NCBI GenBank assembly: GCA_016782645.1
Contig: JADHYC010000003.1
Coordinates: 2,819-66,818, forward strand
Length of the DNA: 64,000 nt
Reading direction: 5' to 3'
Source: Fidelibacterota bacterium
GTDB lineage: Bacteria; Fidelibacterota; UBA2242
Shown: positions 29,977 to 40,279 of the stretch, in pieces
Layout of the letters: each line of letters begins with the position of its first letter
Numbering within the stretch: the stretch's first letter is position 1
Translations under genes and position numbers: made by a program
The notes under the pieces: generated by a model
What the model saw: the letters and a program-made list of their open reading frames with translations, nothing else
Databases searched by the model: none
Told to the model about the DNA's origin: nothing

Positions 29977-30721
29977 CTAGGCCGAATCCGTAACAAGGTC
30001 ATTTTTCTTTAAATTAGACCGGAGAGCTCTTTTAATGACATATAAGAGTATAGTACCTAATACAGCCACAATAGCCAATATGATGGAATAAAATTCTAAT
30101 TCACCAACCAACATCTTTTTAATATCGAGCCTAAATTCTTCAAATGACAGAAAGTCATAGATACGTCGCCATTTTATAGTAGTAGATGGTGGCACCGTAG
30201 TGAATACGCGGTATGGCTCTGTTAACGGCTTATTGCCAGCCTTAAGAACATTTTTAACTCGAATAGCAAAAATAGCTTTTATACGATCATAGTCAACTTC
30301 TGGTATCATCACCTCATTCGTAGCGCTCTGATTATCTGGAGATATTTTAACTGGATCTACATTTTCCTTAACTGGATCATTTATATCTGATTTTCTGATT
30401 GCAGTTTCAGACTTCATAAAATCTAACATTACAGGCCATGATGGATGATCAATGCCTAAAACTGTAGCCAAAATGGGCTTACCATCCTCTTCACTGATAA
30501 TCTCACCGTCCTTCGTTAAAGGCTGAGGATCATCTGCAAGAATCTCTATAGCCTTCATAGCCGATTTGTAACGAGTGTAATAAGGCAATATTTTTGATGA
30601 TACACTATCCAATTTAAGGCCAGCAGCCAGTATCAGGCCGCATAAAGTTTAGGGCATAGGTTAATATAGTAAGCCCACTGATTATTCGATTCACTAACCT
30701 TCTAACTTTCTTTTCATCCAT
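29977..30721 (-). pseudogene. Cassette-borne membrane protein, +1 frameshift near 30650
   Basis: ATG 30721 (AGGTG SD) gives MDEKKVRRLVNRIISGLTILTYAL; removing one A of CTAAACT joins it to TLCGLILAAGLKLDSVSSK.., the tracked ORF. Confidence 0.65.
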
Positions 30722-30775
30722 TATTTTCACCTACAAATTATCGAAGTGGATCAACAGAGGTTGGAGCGCTAACAT

Positions 30776-32602
30776 CTAATTATACATTTTTTCCCTGTTA
30801 TCAATAATTTCAGCATTTTTCTCTAACTCTTTTGTCCAATTATTATAAATAGAGGTCTTTTTGCGAGTTAGAAGTTTATCGCGAATTACTTCTTTTTCCA
30901 CTTTGTATTTTTCATCATCAATATCTGCCCTTGACAACAATTTAACTATTACTATTTGGTTTCCAATACTTATCGGTTTGGAAATCTGTCCCGGTTTCAG
31001 GGCTAAAATAGTACCGGTTAAAAGATTTGATCTACTTAACCCTTTTAATGGCTTATTTAGAGTTACTGATTCATGTTTAGTATAATTGAGTTTTGGATTG
31101 GTTTTTACCGCAAATTCAAGGCTTGGATTTTCATCAAGCTCGTTATAAAATTCATTTGCTATTTTAGTAAGTTTTTCTGTTCTTTTAGTTTTTAGTAAAG
31201 GGGATTTAATTTGATCCTTCACATTGTCTATTGATTTATACAAAGCTACATTTATTGAATCGAGTTTTAAGATCACATAACCATTTTCTGTACTTAGAAC
31301 TTCAGAAATTGAACCTAGCGGTTTATTTGAAAAAGCAAAGCGAGCAGCTTGAGGAAAATGTCCAATACCTGAAACATATTTACTCTTTTCTTTAACAGGT
31401 GAGGATGTTTGGATTTTAAGGTTATGACTATCAGCAGCAGCGGCAAATCCATATTCATTAGCGTCAAAAGCAAAAAGATTGGATTTTGAACGTATATGTT
31501 CCAATGTTTCAGGACCGGGCTTTATTTTTAATAAAATATGACTAGCTTTGACCTGCTTTTCGCCATTTTTATTGCGCTTATCTTCTACTTTGATGATATG
31601 ATAGCCGAATCTTGTTAAAACCGGGTCTGTGATATCACCTATTTTGACGGAGAAAGCAGCTCTCTCAAAAGCAGGAACCATTTGCCCTTTGCCAAACCAT
31701 CCGAGATCGCCGCCACTTTTCACTCCACTGGGGTCTTCAGTGTATTCTGTTGCAACAGTTTCGAATGATTCTCCATTTTCAATACGGTTTTTAAGGTTCA
31801 TTGCGAGCTGATATACTGAAATTGAATCAGAAGATGTGGGCTTAATGTCAAGGAAAATATAATTAAGAATGCGAGTTTCCTCTACAAAGAACTTCTCTTT
31901 GTTTTCATAATAGTATGATGATATTTCCTCATCGGTAATCGGGAAGCTATCATTTTTTACAATAGAAAAAGGGAAAGTAAGGGATTCTACATCAAAATTC
32001 ACATTTGAAGTAGTGTATTCAGACAATATTTCTTTATCACTTACCATTGCCTGGCTTTGGATAAAAATTCTGATTTTTTCAAAGGGTATGGTAGCGCGTA
32101 TGTATTGTTCTACTCCAAACCATTCATCTCCTTGGGGATTATGAAGGCGATCTAAGTATTTTTGGTGATCGAATTTTCCATCTGTCTGAAATACTTCATT
32201 TTCGATAAGGAACTTAGGTGGGTTATTTTCAAGAATATCATAAATCTCATTGTCAGTAGCTTGTAAACCAAGGCGTTCTATTTCTTCAATGACTAAAGTT
32301 TCAGTTACAAATCTGTTCCAAATCTGATCGGAGATTCTATCTACAGTTATATCATCAATTTCCTGTCCTTTTTCTCGAATATTACTTAATTCAGTTTGAA
32401 TTAATTCGGAAAAGCGAGTGGCGTCTAATTTATTGCCATTGACTATCCCTGCAATTCCCTGTAGTTTGGATTTTCCTGATATGATGTCCATAATATTTGC
32501 TCCACCAACAAGTCCACCGATTGTCATACTCAAAACAAAGACAATTATCAAAGCCCAAAGAATGATGTGCATGTTATGTCTCAAATTTGTCATTAATCCC
32601 AT
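30776..32602 (-). CDS. SurA/PpiD-like periplasmic peptidyl-prolyl isomerase
   Basis: N-terminal anchor and SurA_N region; parvulin motifs GGDLGWF..MVPAFERAAF, TRFGYHII. Confidence 0.93.
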   Translation of the reverse strand: MGLMTNLRHNMHIILWALIIVFVLSMTIGGLVGGANIMDIISGKSKLQGIAGIVNGNKLDATRFSELIQTELSNIREKGQEIDDITVDRISDQIWNRFVTETLVIEEIERLGLQATDNEIYDILENNPPKFLIENEVFQTDGKFDHQKYLDRLHNPQGDEWFGVEQYIRATIPFEKIRIFIQSQAMVSDKEILSEYTTSNVNFDVESLTFPFSIVKNDSFPITDEEISSYYYENKEKFFVEETRILNYIFLDIKPTSSDSISVYQLAMNLKNRIENGESFETVATEYTEDPSGVKSGGDLGWFGKGQMVPAFERAAFSVKIGDITDPVLTRFGYHIIKVEDKRNKNGEKQVKASHILLKIKPGPETLEHIRSKSNLFAFDANEYGFAAAADSHNLKIQTSSPVKEKSKYVSGIGHFPQAARFAFSNKPLGSISEVLSTENGYVILKLDSINVALYKSIDNVKDQIKSPLLKTKRTEKLTKIANEFYNELDENPSLEFAVKTNPKLNYTKHESVTLNKPLKGLSRSNLLTGTILALKPGQISKPISIGNQIVIVKLLSRADIDDEKYKVEKEVIRDKLLTRKKTSIYNNWTKELEKNAEIIDNREKMYN

Positions 32603-32952
32603 GATTTTATTAAACCTCCTAATTAATTTTCACATGTAAAAAACAGTTGTTAAATTTAGCAATTATTAAATGTCAGGCAAACTCAAATTATTGATGTAAA
32701 AAATAAATAATGTTCACTGGATTAATAGGTGTCTGAACAAACCCGTTTTAATCCACCAGCTGGCGGACAAACGGGTTTTGTGGTTTTATATTATTGTATT
32801 TACATCAATGTCAGTAGTGAGCTCATGGAACAACAGGAAACTCAAATAGGAGTGTTTGAGTTACGGAAAACCGGTGCTTTTGTCCCAAATAGTCGGGATC
32901 TCTCTGAGGGGAACGAGAATAGGGGGGTACCTCTTTAATAGGAAAATGTGGG

Positions 32953-35900
32953 CTATTCCTTCGATTCCATTACTACTTTATACAATGCTTCACCCAGTTC
33001 TTCAATTTTATAAGGTTTGGCAACAACTCCAACAAAACCATATTTTTCAAATTCAGACATTATAGGATCATTATAGTATCCGCTGGATACAATGGCTTTA
33101 GCATCAGGATCAATTTTTAATAGTTTCTTAATGGCATATTTGCCTCCCATACCGCCAGGTATAGTTAAATCCATTATAACGGCATCAAAAGGTATGCTGG
33201 ATTTTAAGGTATTTTTATATAAACTAATTGTCTCATTACCATCTTTTGCAAATTCTATCTCATATCCAAGGTTTTCGATCATTTTACCAGCGACTTCTCT
33301 GAGCAGCTCATCATCATCCATTAACAAGATCCTACCTTTGCCAGTGAGAGGTTTTCCTTCCCTTTTTCCCTCTTCAAGTGCTTTTTTCGTAGATGCAGGA
33401 AGATATATAGAGAATTTTGTGCCAACTCCTAACTTAGAATCTACTGTGATCAGACCATCATGATTTTTTATTATTGAAAAAACGGTTGCGAGACCAAGTC
33501 CACTTCCCTTTGTTTTTGTTGTGAAGTAAGGGTCAAATATTTTATTTAGATACTTCTCTGATATTCCAATTCCCTGATCTTCAATATTTATCTTTACATA
33601 TTTACCAGCATTGAGAAATAAGGTACTTTCCTTTCCGATATTAATGTTTTCAACGTTTATCACAATAGTTCCACCATCAGGCATAGCCTGATCCGCATTG
33701 ATTACCAGATTGTTGATTACTTGACTTATCTGACCCCTATCAATTTCAACCTGCCTGATATCGTGAGGGATGGCAAATTTACAAATAACGTTGGAACCGG
33801 TAAGTGCAAAAGTTGCTGACTCTTTTAACAAATTAACAACAGAAGCAATTTCCTTAACTGGCGCACCACCATTTGAAAATGTAAGCAACCGTTGAGTGAG
33901 ATCCTTTGCTCTCATAGATGCTTTTTCTGCCCTTACTAATCTATCGTATACCTTATCCTCTGGCTTTGCGTACATTTTCGCTAGAGTGATATTGCCAAAT
34001 ATGGCTGTGAGTATGTTATTAAAATCGTGTGCAATACCGCCTGCAAGGATTCCGATTGATTCAAGTTTCTGGCTTTTCAGTGCTTCTTCTTCTAATTTCT
34101 TGCGTTCGGTTATATCACGAAAAAAGACCATATCGGCAGGTTTCCCTTGCCAGATTGTTCTTGTGGCAGTCACTTCTATTGGCAATTCTACGCCATCTTT
34201 TCGTAATAGTGTTGCTTCGAAGAAATTATCAATAGGTTTTCCTTTAATTCTAATTCTTCTTTTGGATCTATTTAATACTTTTTCAGTGTTGCTATGAGGA
34301 GTTAAGTCCTTTAAATTAAGTTTTAATAACTCTTTTATGCTATATCCGGTTAACTCAGCAGACCTTCTATTTACGTAGACATAATCTCCGTCCTCATTAT
34401 TTATTGCGATACTATCAAATGCATTTTGAGCTAGAGATTTAAAGTTAGCTTCACTATCTCTTATAGCTTTTTCAGATTTTTTTCGCTTAGTGATATTTCT
34501 TATTACTGCAAAAGTGGCTTTGTCACCTTTGTACTCTATTATTGTAACATTGGCTTCAACGTCAATTGTTGTACCATCCTTCTTCTTAAATACAGTTTCA
34601 TATCGAGAGGGCACATATTTTCCCCGGTCTCTTAGTCTCTTACGTTCCATTAGAATTTCAACACTTTTTTCAGTATAAATATCTCGATAATCTTTCATAA
34701 ACAGCTCATCATAAGTGTACCCAAGCATCTCAGAAAATTGTTTATTAAAGAAGATGAATTTATCCCTCTGACTGATGACAATTCCATCATTTATACTCTC
34801 TACTAATAAGCGGTATTTTTCCTCGCTTTCCTGCACTTTTTCATCGGAACGTTTATGCTCAATAGAGAGTCCAATCTGACTTGATACAAATTCCAGGAGT
34901 TCCAGGTCTTTTTCATTATAAGCGTTCTCATCGGTGTAACTCTGAACCACAAGAGCACCTACTACTTCATTTTCTACTTTCAAAGGTACTCCAAGCCATA
35001 CCTTTGAAAGCGTACCAACGACTTCTACCTTTCCAGATTTAATCAACTCTTTTAATTTTTTTTGTTTAGCTAAAAGAGATTTTTCATTCTTTATAACATA
35101 GGCTGTACATGTCTTTCCAGCTGGAAAAGTTTCAAAATGGTCTTTTTCATCTGCAAAGTATGGAAGGGAAATTTTTTCTTCTTCTTTATTATACAGCGCA
35201 ATAAAGAAATTTGTTGTGTCTAAGACTTTACCAAGTTCAAGCTGGATTATTCTGGAAAGTTCACCCATACTTTTTGTAGCATGTACGGAAGTGGCAATCT
35301 GGTACAACGATTTTTGGATTATTTCTGCCCGCTTGCGTTCGGTGATATCTCTAAAAATATTTGCAAAATGCCCAATTTTGGGGCAGAAGGATGTGATTTC
35401 ATACCATCTTCCAAATCTTGGGTAGTAGTCAATAAAATATTCTGCTTCGCCAGTTTGAGCAACTCTGGCATATCTTTCTATGAATGGTGTGTCTCTTCCA
35501 TATACCTCTGTTGCTCTTTTACCCTCTATATCTTCTCTCTTCCAGGACAGAATTCTTTCAGTGGCACTATTTACTTTCTCAAGAATGTAATCAACAGGTT
35601 TTCCATTTTTATCTACAATAAGTTTGTGTACTACTAGTCCATCCATCATATTTTCAAATAGCTCTCTGTAATCCCTTTCAGAATTACGAAGTGCTTCTTC
35701 AGCTTTCTTTCGTTCGGTGATGTCCAAAAGTTGTGCTACGCTTTTTATTCTACCTTTTGAATCCTTAATAATTGTAGAACTGATTTCCACTCGTCTGCTT
35801 ATACCATTTGGTCTTACGATGTTGAATTCATATCTTGGAGGAACGTCTTCTCCTTTTTGCCTGCGAATATAATAATCTGTTACCAAAGTAAGACTTTCTC

Positions 35901-37050
35901 CGTCAAGAAATTCACGGAAATCCTTGCCTATGATTTCAGTGCGTGGACGGTCAAGGATTTTACAAAATTCATCGTTTACATACAGAAATTTATAGTCATC
36001 ATCGATAATAATAATTCCATCATGAGAATTTTCCACAATTGAGCGAAATCGTTCTTCACTTTTATGTAGTGTCTCTTCTGCCTGCTTGCGTTCGGTGATA
36101 TCCGAAGATATACCTATATATGCGATAGTATTACCTTTATCATCTTTCAGAATTGATGTTGAAAGTTCTATTGGAAATTCAGTACCATCTTTTCTCACAT
36201 TGAGGAGTTCGCCTTTCCAACTACCTTTCATTGTTGAAGAACGAATCTTTTCCTTAAGGTTTTTAGGGTTGCTTGGAGAAAAAATAAGATTAATTGTTTT
36301 TCCTAAAATTTCATTTTCTTTAAAACCATAAGTTTCAAGAAATGTTTTGTTTATAAAAATAATTTTATGATCTTTATTTGTAACGCTGACGCATTCTTTC
36401 ATGCTTTTGACAGTCTGGGATAGCATCGTTAGTTCTTTGTTAATAGCTTTAAGTTCCTCCTCAGCACGCTTAAGTTCTGTGATATCAGTTTGAGTTCCCC
36501 ACGCTTCGATAAGTTTTCCATTTTTTATTGTTGCTGTCATAGAGTTTGAAAAATATTTTTCTTCACCGTTTTTGTCAATCTCATGTGAAATTCCACCTGA
36601 AATCTGAAATCCATTATGGATAAAGGTTTTAAGATATTCTCTATTTTCAGGGTTATCGGGCATGACTTCAGAGAGCTGAATACCCAAAATTTCACTTTTT
36701 ATCGTTCCCATCATCTTGGCGTATGTTTCATTACATTCCACACACTTGCTTTTGAAGAATTTGTTGAGCATTTTGTCTTCTGGTAGAGTTATATCAACGG
36801 GATTTTTAACTCTAAAGCACCAAATACCAACTGTACTGGAATCAATAAAATTTCTGAGTTTTTCTTCGCTATTTTTTAGCTCTCTTTCTACCTTCTTGTG
36901 TTTGATTTTTCCTGATTCTAGGTCTGCAATTCGTTGACGCATTTCTGTCAATTCATTTATTAATTGTTCTTTCGTTTTTCCTGTCTGCGTCTTCTTTGTG
37001 TTGTGGCAGCGATGAGTAGGTAACATGGCAGATAGATCTTTATCTTTCAT
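32953..37050 (-). CDS. Cytoplasmic hybrid histidine kinase (6 PAS, GAF, HisKA, HATPase, REC)
   Basis: Repeated DITE(R/L)K PAC ends, GIAHDFNNIL, GSGLGL, C-terminal receiver domain; likely start MKDKD at 37050. Confidence 0.95.
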   Translation of the reverse strand: MKDKDLSAMLPTHRCHNTKKTQTGKTKEQLINELTEMRQRIADLESGKIKHKKVERELKNSEEKLRNFIDSSTVGIWCFRVKNPVDITLPEDKMLNKFFKSKCVECNETYAKMMGTIKSEILGIQLSEVMPDNPENREYLKTFIHNGFQISGGISHEIDKNGEEKYFSNSMTATIKNGKLIEAWGTQTDITELKRAEEELKAINKELTMLSQTVKSMKECVSVTNKDHKIIFINKTFLETYGFKENEILGKTINLIFSPSNPKNLKEKIRSSTMKGSWKGELLNVRKDGTEFPIELSTSILKDDKGNTIAYIGISSDITERKQAEETLHKSEERFRSIVENSHDGIIIIDDDYKFLYVNDEFCKILDRPRTEIIGKDFREFLDGESLTLVTDYYIRRQKGEDVPPRYEFNIVRPNGISRRVEISSTIIKDSKGRIKSVAQLLDITERKKAEEALRNSERDYRELFENMMDGLVVHKLIVDKNGKPVDYILEKVNSATERILSWKREDIEGKRATEVYGRDTPFIERYARVAQTGEAEYFIDYYPRFGRWYEITSFCPKIGHFANIFRDITERKRAEIIQKSLYQIATSVHATKSMGELSRIIQLELGKVLDTTNFFIALYNKEEEKISLPYFADEKDHFETFPAGKTCTAYVIKNEKSLLAKQKKLKELIKSGKVEVVGTLSKVWLGVPLKVENEVVGALVVQSYTDENAYNEKDLELLEFVSSQIGLSIEHKRSDEKVQESEEKYRLLVESINDGIVISQRDKFIFFNKQFSEMLGYTYDELFMKDYRDIYTEKSVEILMERKRLRDRGKYVPSRYETVFKKKDGTTIDVEANVTIIEYKGDKATFAVIRNITKRKKSEKAIRDSEANFKSLAQNAFDSIAINNEDGDYVYVNRRSAELTGYSIKELLKLNLKDLTPHSNTEKVLNRSKRRIRIKGKPIDNFFEATLLRKDGVELPIEVTATRTIWQGKPADMVFFRDITERKKLEEEALKSQKLESIGILAGGIAHDFNNILTAIFGNITLAKMYAKPEDKVYDRLVRAEKASMRAKDLTQRLLTFSNGGAPVKEIASVVNLLKESATFALTGSNVICKFAIPHDIRQVEIDRGQISQVINNLVINADQAMPDGGTIVINVENINIGKESTLFLNAGKYVKINIEDQGIGISEKYLNKIFDPYFTTKTKGSGLGLATVFSIIKNHDGLITVDSKLGVGTKFSIYLPASTKKALEEGKREGKPLTGKGRILLMDDDELLREVAGKMIENLGYEIEFAKDGNETISLYKNTLKSSIPFDAVIMDLTIPGGMGGKYAIKKLLKIDPDAKAIVSSGYYNDPIMSEFEKYGFVGVVAKPYKIEELGEALYKVVMESKE

Positions 37051-37282
37051 TATTTTTTTCTCCAAAGATAAAAGTAGAAAATATTTTAATAAGGTTGAGA
37101 TGATCTCTCAAGATCATTTAGTTCCTTGGCTTTAGGTTGGGAATGAATAATAATTTCGACAGTTCTGGTGATATTTGTAAAAATTTCAGCAATTTTAAAA
37201 GAATTAAATGGCTAAATATTACTACGATTGCTCATGAGTTCTACTTAATATTTTACCCCTTTAAAATATACTGAATATTTTC

Positions 37283-38554
37283 TTATTGTAAAAGATTAAC
37301 AAGAAACAGGCTAATATCGGGTATATACGTAATAACTATTAAAGCTGCTAAGAGAATAAATAAAAATGGGAGGCTGACTTTATAAAGAGTCAGGATTGGT
37401 TTATTAAATCGAAAGCTTGAGATGAAAAGATTCAGTCCTATCGGGGGTGTTAAATATCCTATTTCCAGATTGGTTAGAAAGATTATCCCCAGATGAATTG
37501 GATTAATTCCATAATTTGTTGCAATTGGAATAATAATTGGAACAACAATGATTATCGCTGAAAATATATCAAGTAATGCACCAGTAATGAGTAAAAATAT
37601 ATTAAGTAAGAGTAGAAACGCTATTTTCGAGGAGATGATGCTCTGTATCCAGTGAAGAATGCTCTGTGGTATTTGTGCATCAATCAAGAATGCTGTAAGT
37701 CCCATTGAACAGCTTAAAATAATGAGGATTCCACCCACAAGTTGTACGCTATCTCGCATAATGCGGACAATATCTTTTTTAAATTTTAAGTCTCTCTTTA
37801 TGAAAAACTCTGCAATGAGAACATAGAAAGCAGTAACTGCAGAAGCTTCAACTGCAGTAACGTACCCTCCATATATACCGCCTAATATGATAATTGGAAT
37901 AGGTAATTCCCAGATTGATTCCCTTATCGCTACTAATACTTTTTTAATAGAAAAAGATTTTTTAATACTCAGCTTTGAAACATCTTTCTTAATTGAGTAT
38001 AAAGATAGGAGAACAATAATAAGTATTCCTGGGATAATACCCGCAATGAAAAGTTTATTAATGGAAACTGAAGCGACAATACCATATAAAATTAATGGAA
38101 GACTTGGGGGAAAGAGTAGACCGAGACTTCCAGAACAGGTTATTAATCCTAAAGAGAAATTTTCGCTGTACTTTTTACTTTTGAGAATGGGATAAATAAG
38201 TCCACCAATTGCTATGATTGTGATACCAGATGCGCCTGTAAAACAGGTAAATAAAGCGCAAGTTACTAAAGAGACGATAGCGACTCCACCAGGCATCCAA
38301 CCAAGAAAAGCATCAGCAAGATTGAATAGTCTCTTTGGTGCATTACTTTCCGCAAGAATATATCCGGTAAGTGTAAAAAGAGGAATAGCCAGAAGTGTAG
38401 GGGCAGAAGCAATTCTGTATAATTCAACTATGACAACAGTTGGATCAATATCTGTAATTAAAAATTGGAAAACAGCCGAAATACCGATAGCTGCAAAGAG
38501 CGGCAAGCCGATCATTATTAATATTATAACGAAAAGTAAAATTCCTAATGACAT
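37283..38554 (-). CDS. dctM: TRAP transporter large permease
   Basis: LLAIPLF, GSLGLLFPPS, GYLTPPIGLNLF. Confidence 0.94.
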   Translation of the reverse strand: MSLGILLFVIILIMIGLPLFAAIGISAVFQFLITDIDPTVVIVELYRIASAPTLLAIPLFTLTGYILAESNAPKRLFNLADAFLGWMPGGVAIVSLVTCALFTCFTGASGITIIAIGGLIYPILKSKKYSENFSLGLITCSGSLGLLFPPSLPLILYGIVASVSINKLFIAGIIPGILIIVLLSLYSIKKDVSKLSIKKSFSIKKVLVAIRESIWELPIPIIILGGIYGGYVTAVEASAVTAFYVLIAEFFIKRDLKFKKDIVRIMRDSVQLVGGILIILSCSMGLTAFLIDAQIPQSILHWIQSIISSKIAFLLLLNIFLLITGALLDIFSAIIIVVPIIIPIATNYGINPIHLGIIFLTNLEIGYLTPPIGLNLFISSFRFNKPILTLYKVSLPFLFILLAALIVITYIPDISLFLVNLLQ

Positions 38555-38555
38555 T

Positions 38556-38692
38556 TTTGTGATTGACTATTGACTATCATTATTCGCTCCGCTACCCTGA
38601 TCGTCCCGATTCATTGGGAGCAGGCGGGGATTTATAAATTGATGATAAATTTTCATTTCACTATGATTGATAATTGATAATTGATTACTGCC
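38556..38692. repeat. Heptamer arrays with a nested palindrome between dctQ and dctM
   Basis: (TTGACTA)n, (TTGATAA)n and TCCCGATTCATTGGGA. Confidence 0.7.
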
Positions 38693-38702
38693 ACTTTTCA
38701 CC

Positions 38703-39164
38703 TTACTTATTATCCAATATTTTAATAGGAAAGGAGATTGCTAATAATAGAAATCCTACAGGTAATATTATTTCTATAATCCAGGCTGGACAAAATCCAC
38801 CGATAATAGAATTGGTTTCCATTTCCAATTTAACGAAGGAGATAGAATACCATGTCATAATAATGCACATAAAGGATGCAAATATGCTAATAATCCAGCT
38901 TACAACTTTTTTAGGAGTCGAATTAAGATTACGTAATAGAATATCTATCGAGATGTGTTTTCCACGTAATGTAGTTAGAACAGCGCCGATGAATGTTATC
39001 CACAATACACCATTTCTCATGAGTTCTTCAACGGCGTTAAAGCCTATTGAAAAGAAATTTCGAAGTATGACTTGTAGAAATGAGAGCATTACTAAAGACA
39101 GCATTACAAAAACTGCCATGGCAGTAGTTATTTTTTCGATGGCTATACGGATTTTATGAACCAT
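38703..39164 (-). CDS. dctQ: TRAP transporter small permease
   Basis: 4 TM helices, EELMR..LWITFIGA, HISIDIL. Confidence 0.92.
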   Translation of the reverse strand: MVHKIRIAIEKITTAMAVFVMLSLVMLSFLQVILRNFFSIGFNAVEELMRNGVLWITFIGAVLTTLRGKHISIDILLRNLNSTPKKVVSWIISIFASFMCIIMTWYSISFVKLEMETNSIIGGFCPAWIIEIILPVGFLLLAISFPIKILDNK

Positions 39165-40164
39165 GTAAAGACCGGTATTCTTTTAATAGGGATAGAACCT
39201 TGTCTAAAAGTTCCTGGGAATAAAGTTTTCCAACTAATTTTTCACGGATTGTTCGACCTGCTTCATCGAATTCAGCCATTGTTTTGGAATCTTTTACAGA
39301 TGAGAGTATTATGCCAGACTCCTGTAAGACTTTGATGGATTCTTCGTTTTCTATTCTACTTTGTAAAACGATTTTGCGCATATTTTCTTTTGTTTTTACT
39401 ATAAAAATTTCACGGATGTCTTCTGGCATAGAACTTAACATTTTTGTTGTTATAAGAACAGCACCGACAGAATTAGTTAGCGGGTAATCCATCATATAGT
39501 TAGTTTTAGTAAACCACTGTAATGCAAGTACACCATAAGGAGATATGTAGACACCGTTTATTAAACCGGTTTGTAGAGAAGTATGTACATCTGTAACGTC
39601 TAATGGGATTGAGGGGATATTCATAACCTTAAAAGTAGTACGAGCAAGAGGATCACCTTTCCAGAGCCACATCTTTACTTTACTGAAATCTTCCAAACAG
39701 TTGACAGGTGTTTTTGTAAAAAGATATATAAAGCCTACCTCAGCCCACCCGGCAAGGAGAAAACCTTTTTTAGTGAATCGTTTTTGGAATTCTTCAAAGA
39801 GAGCATTGTAAACATAATCAACCTCATCGCTGTTTCTAAAGAGGAATGGGAGGTCAAAGATACGAATTTCGGGGACGATTTCACCTAAGCCAACTCCGGT
39901 GAAGGCACCCGAGTGAATCTGACCTAATCTCATTTTTCGGAGGACGTCTTTTTCTCCGCCCATAACGCCATTTGGATAAACTCGAAATTTTATTTGACCA
40001 TTAGTTAATTCTATAATCTCTTTTTCAAAGTTGCGCATTTCATTCATCCAGCTGGACCCCTCAGGAGCAACAGTTGCCATTTTTATTATATATGTTTTTT
40101 GAGATAGTAATGTAGAAGAAGCGAGCAGTAAAGCCATAAATAAAACCTGACGAATCGTTTTCAT
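39154..40164 (-). CDS. dctP: TRAP substrate-binding protein (TatP_T-like)
   Basis: KMATVAPEGSSW, LRKMRLGQI, DLPFLF, SLQTGLI; GAGGTG SD before ATG 40164. Confidence 0.92.
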   Translation of the reverse strand: MKTIRQVLFMALLLASSTLLSQKTYIIKMATVAPEGSSWMNEMRNFEKEIIELTNGQIKFRVYPNGVMGGEKDVLRKMRLGQIHSGAFTGVGLGEIVPEIRIFDLPFLFRNSDEVDYVYNALFEEFQKRFTKKGFLLAGWAEVGFIYLFTKTPVNCLEDFSKVKMWLWKGDPLARTTFKVMNIPSIPLDVTDVHTSLQTGLINGVYISPYGVLALQWFTKTNYMMDYPLTNSVGAVLITTKMLSSMPEDIREIFIVKTKENMRKIVLQSRIENEESIKVLQESGIILSSVKDSKTMAEFDEAGRTIREKLVGKLYSQELLDKVLSLLKEYRSLHGS

Positions 40165-40279
40165 ATTGTTCACCTCATATTTTACTGATTGATTATTCAT
40201 ACAATAAACCAATTTTTTCTAAAAGGATGTCTTTGACAAGCAAAGCCAAATAGGTTTTAACTCTCAATTTGTAATGTCT

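Noticed and set aside
32729..33065. Two short plus-strand ORFs
   Set aside because: They overlap repeats and the antisense of the hybrid kinase
33092..39487. Numerous 60-160-aa plus-strand ORFs
   Set aside because: Antisense shadows of well-supported kinase and TRAP genes
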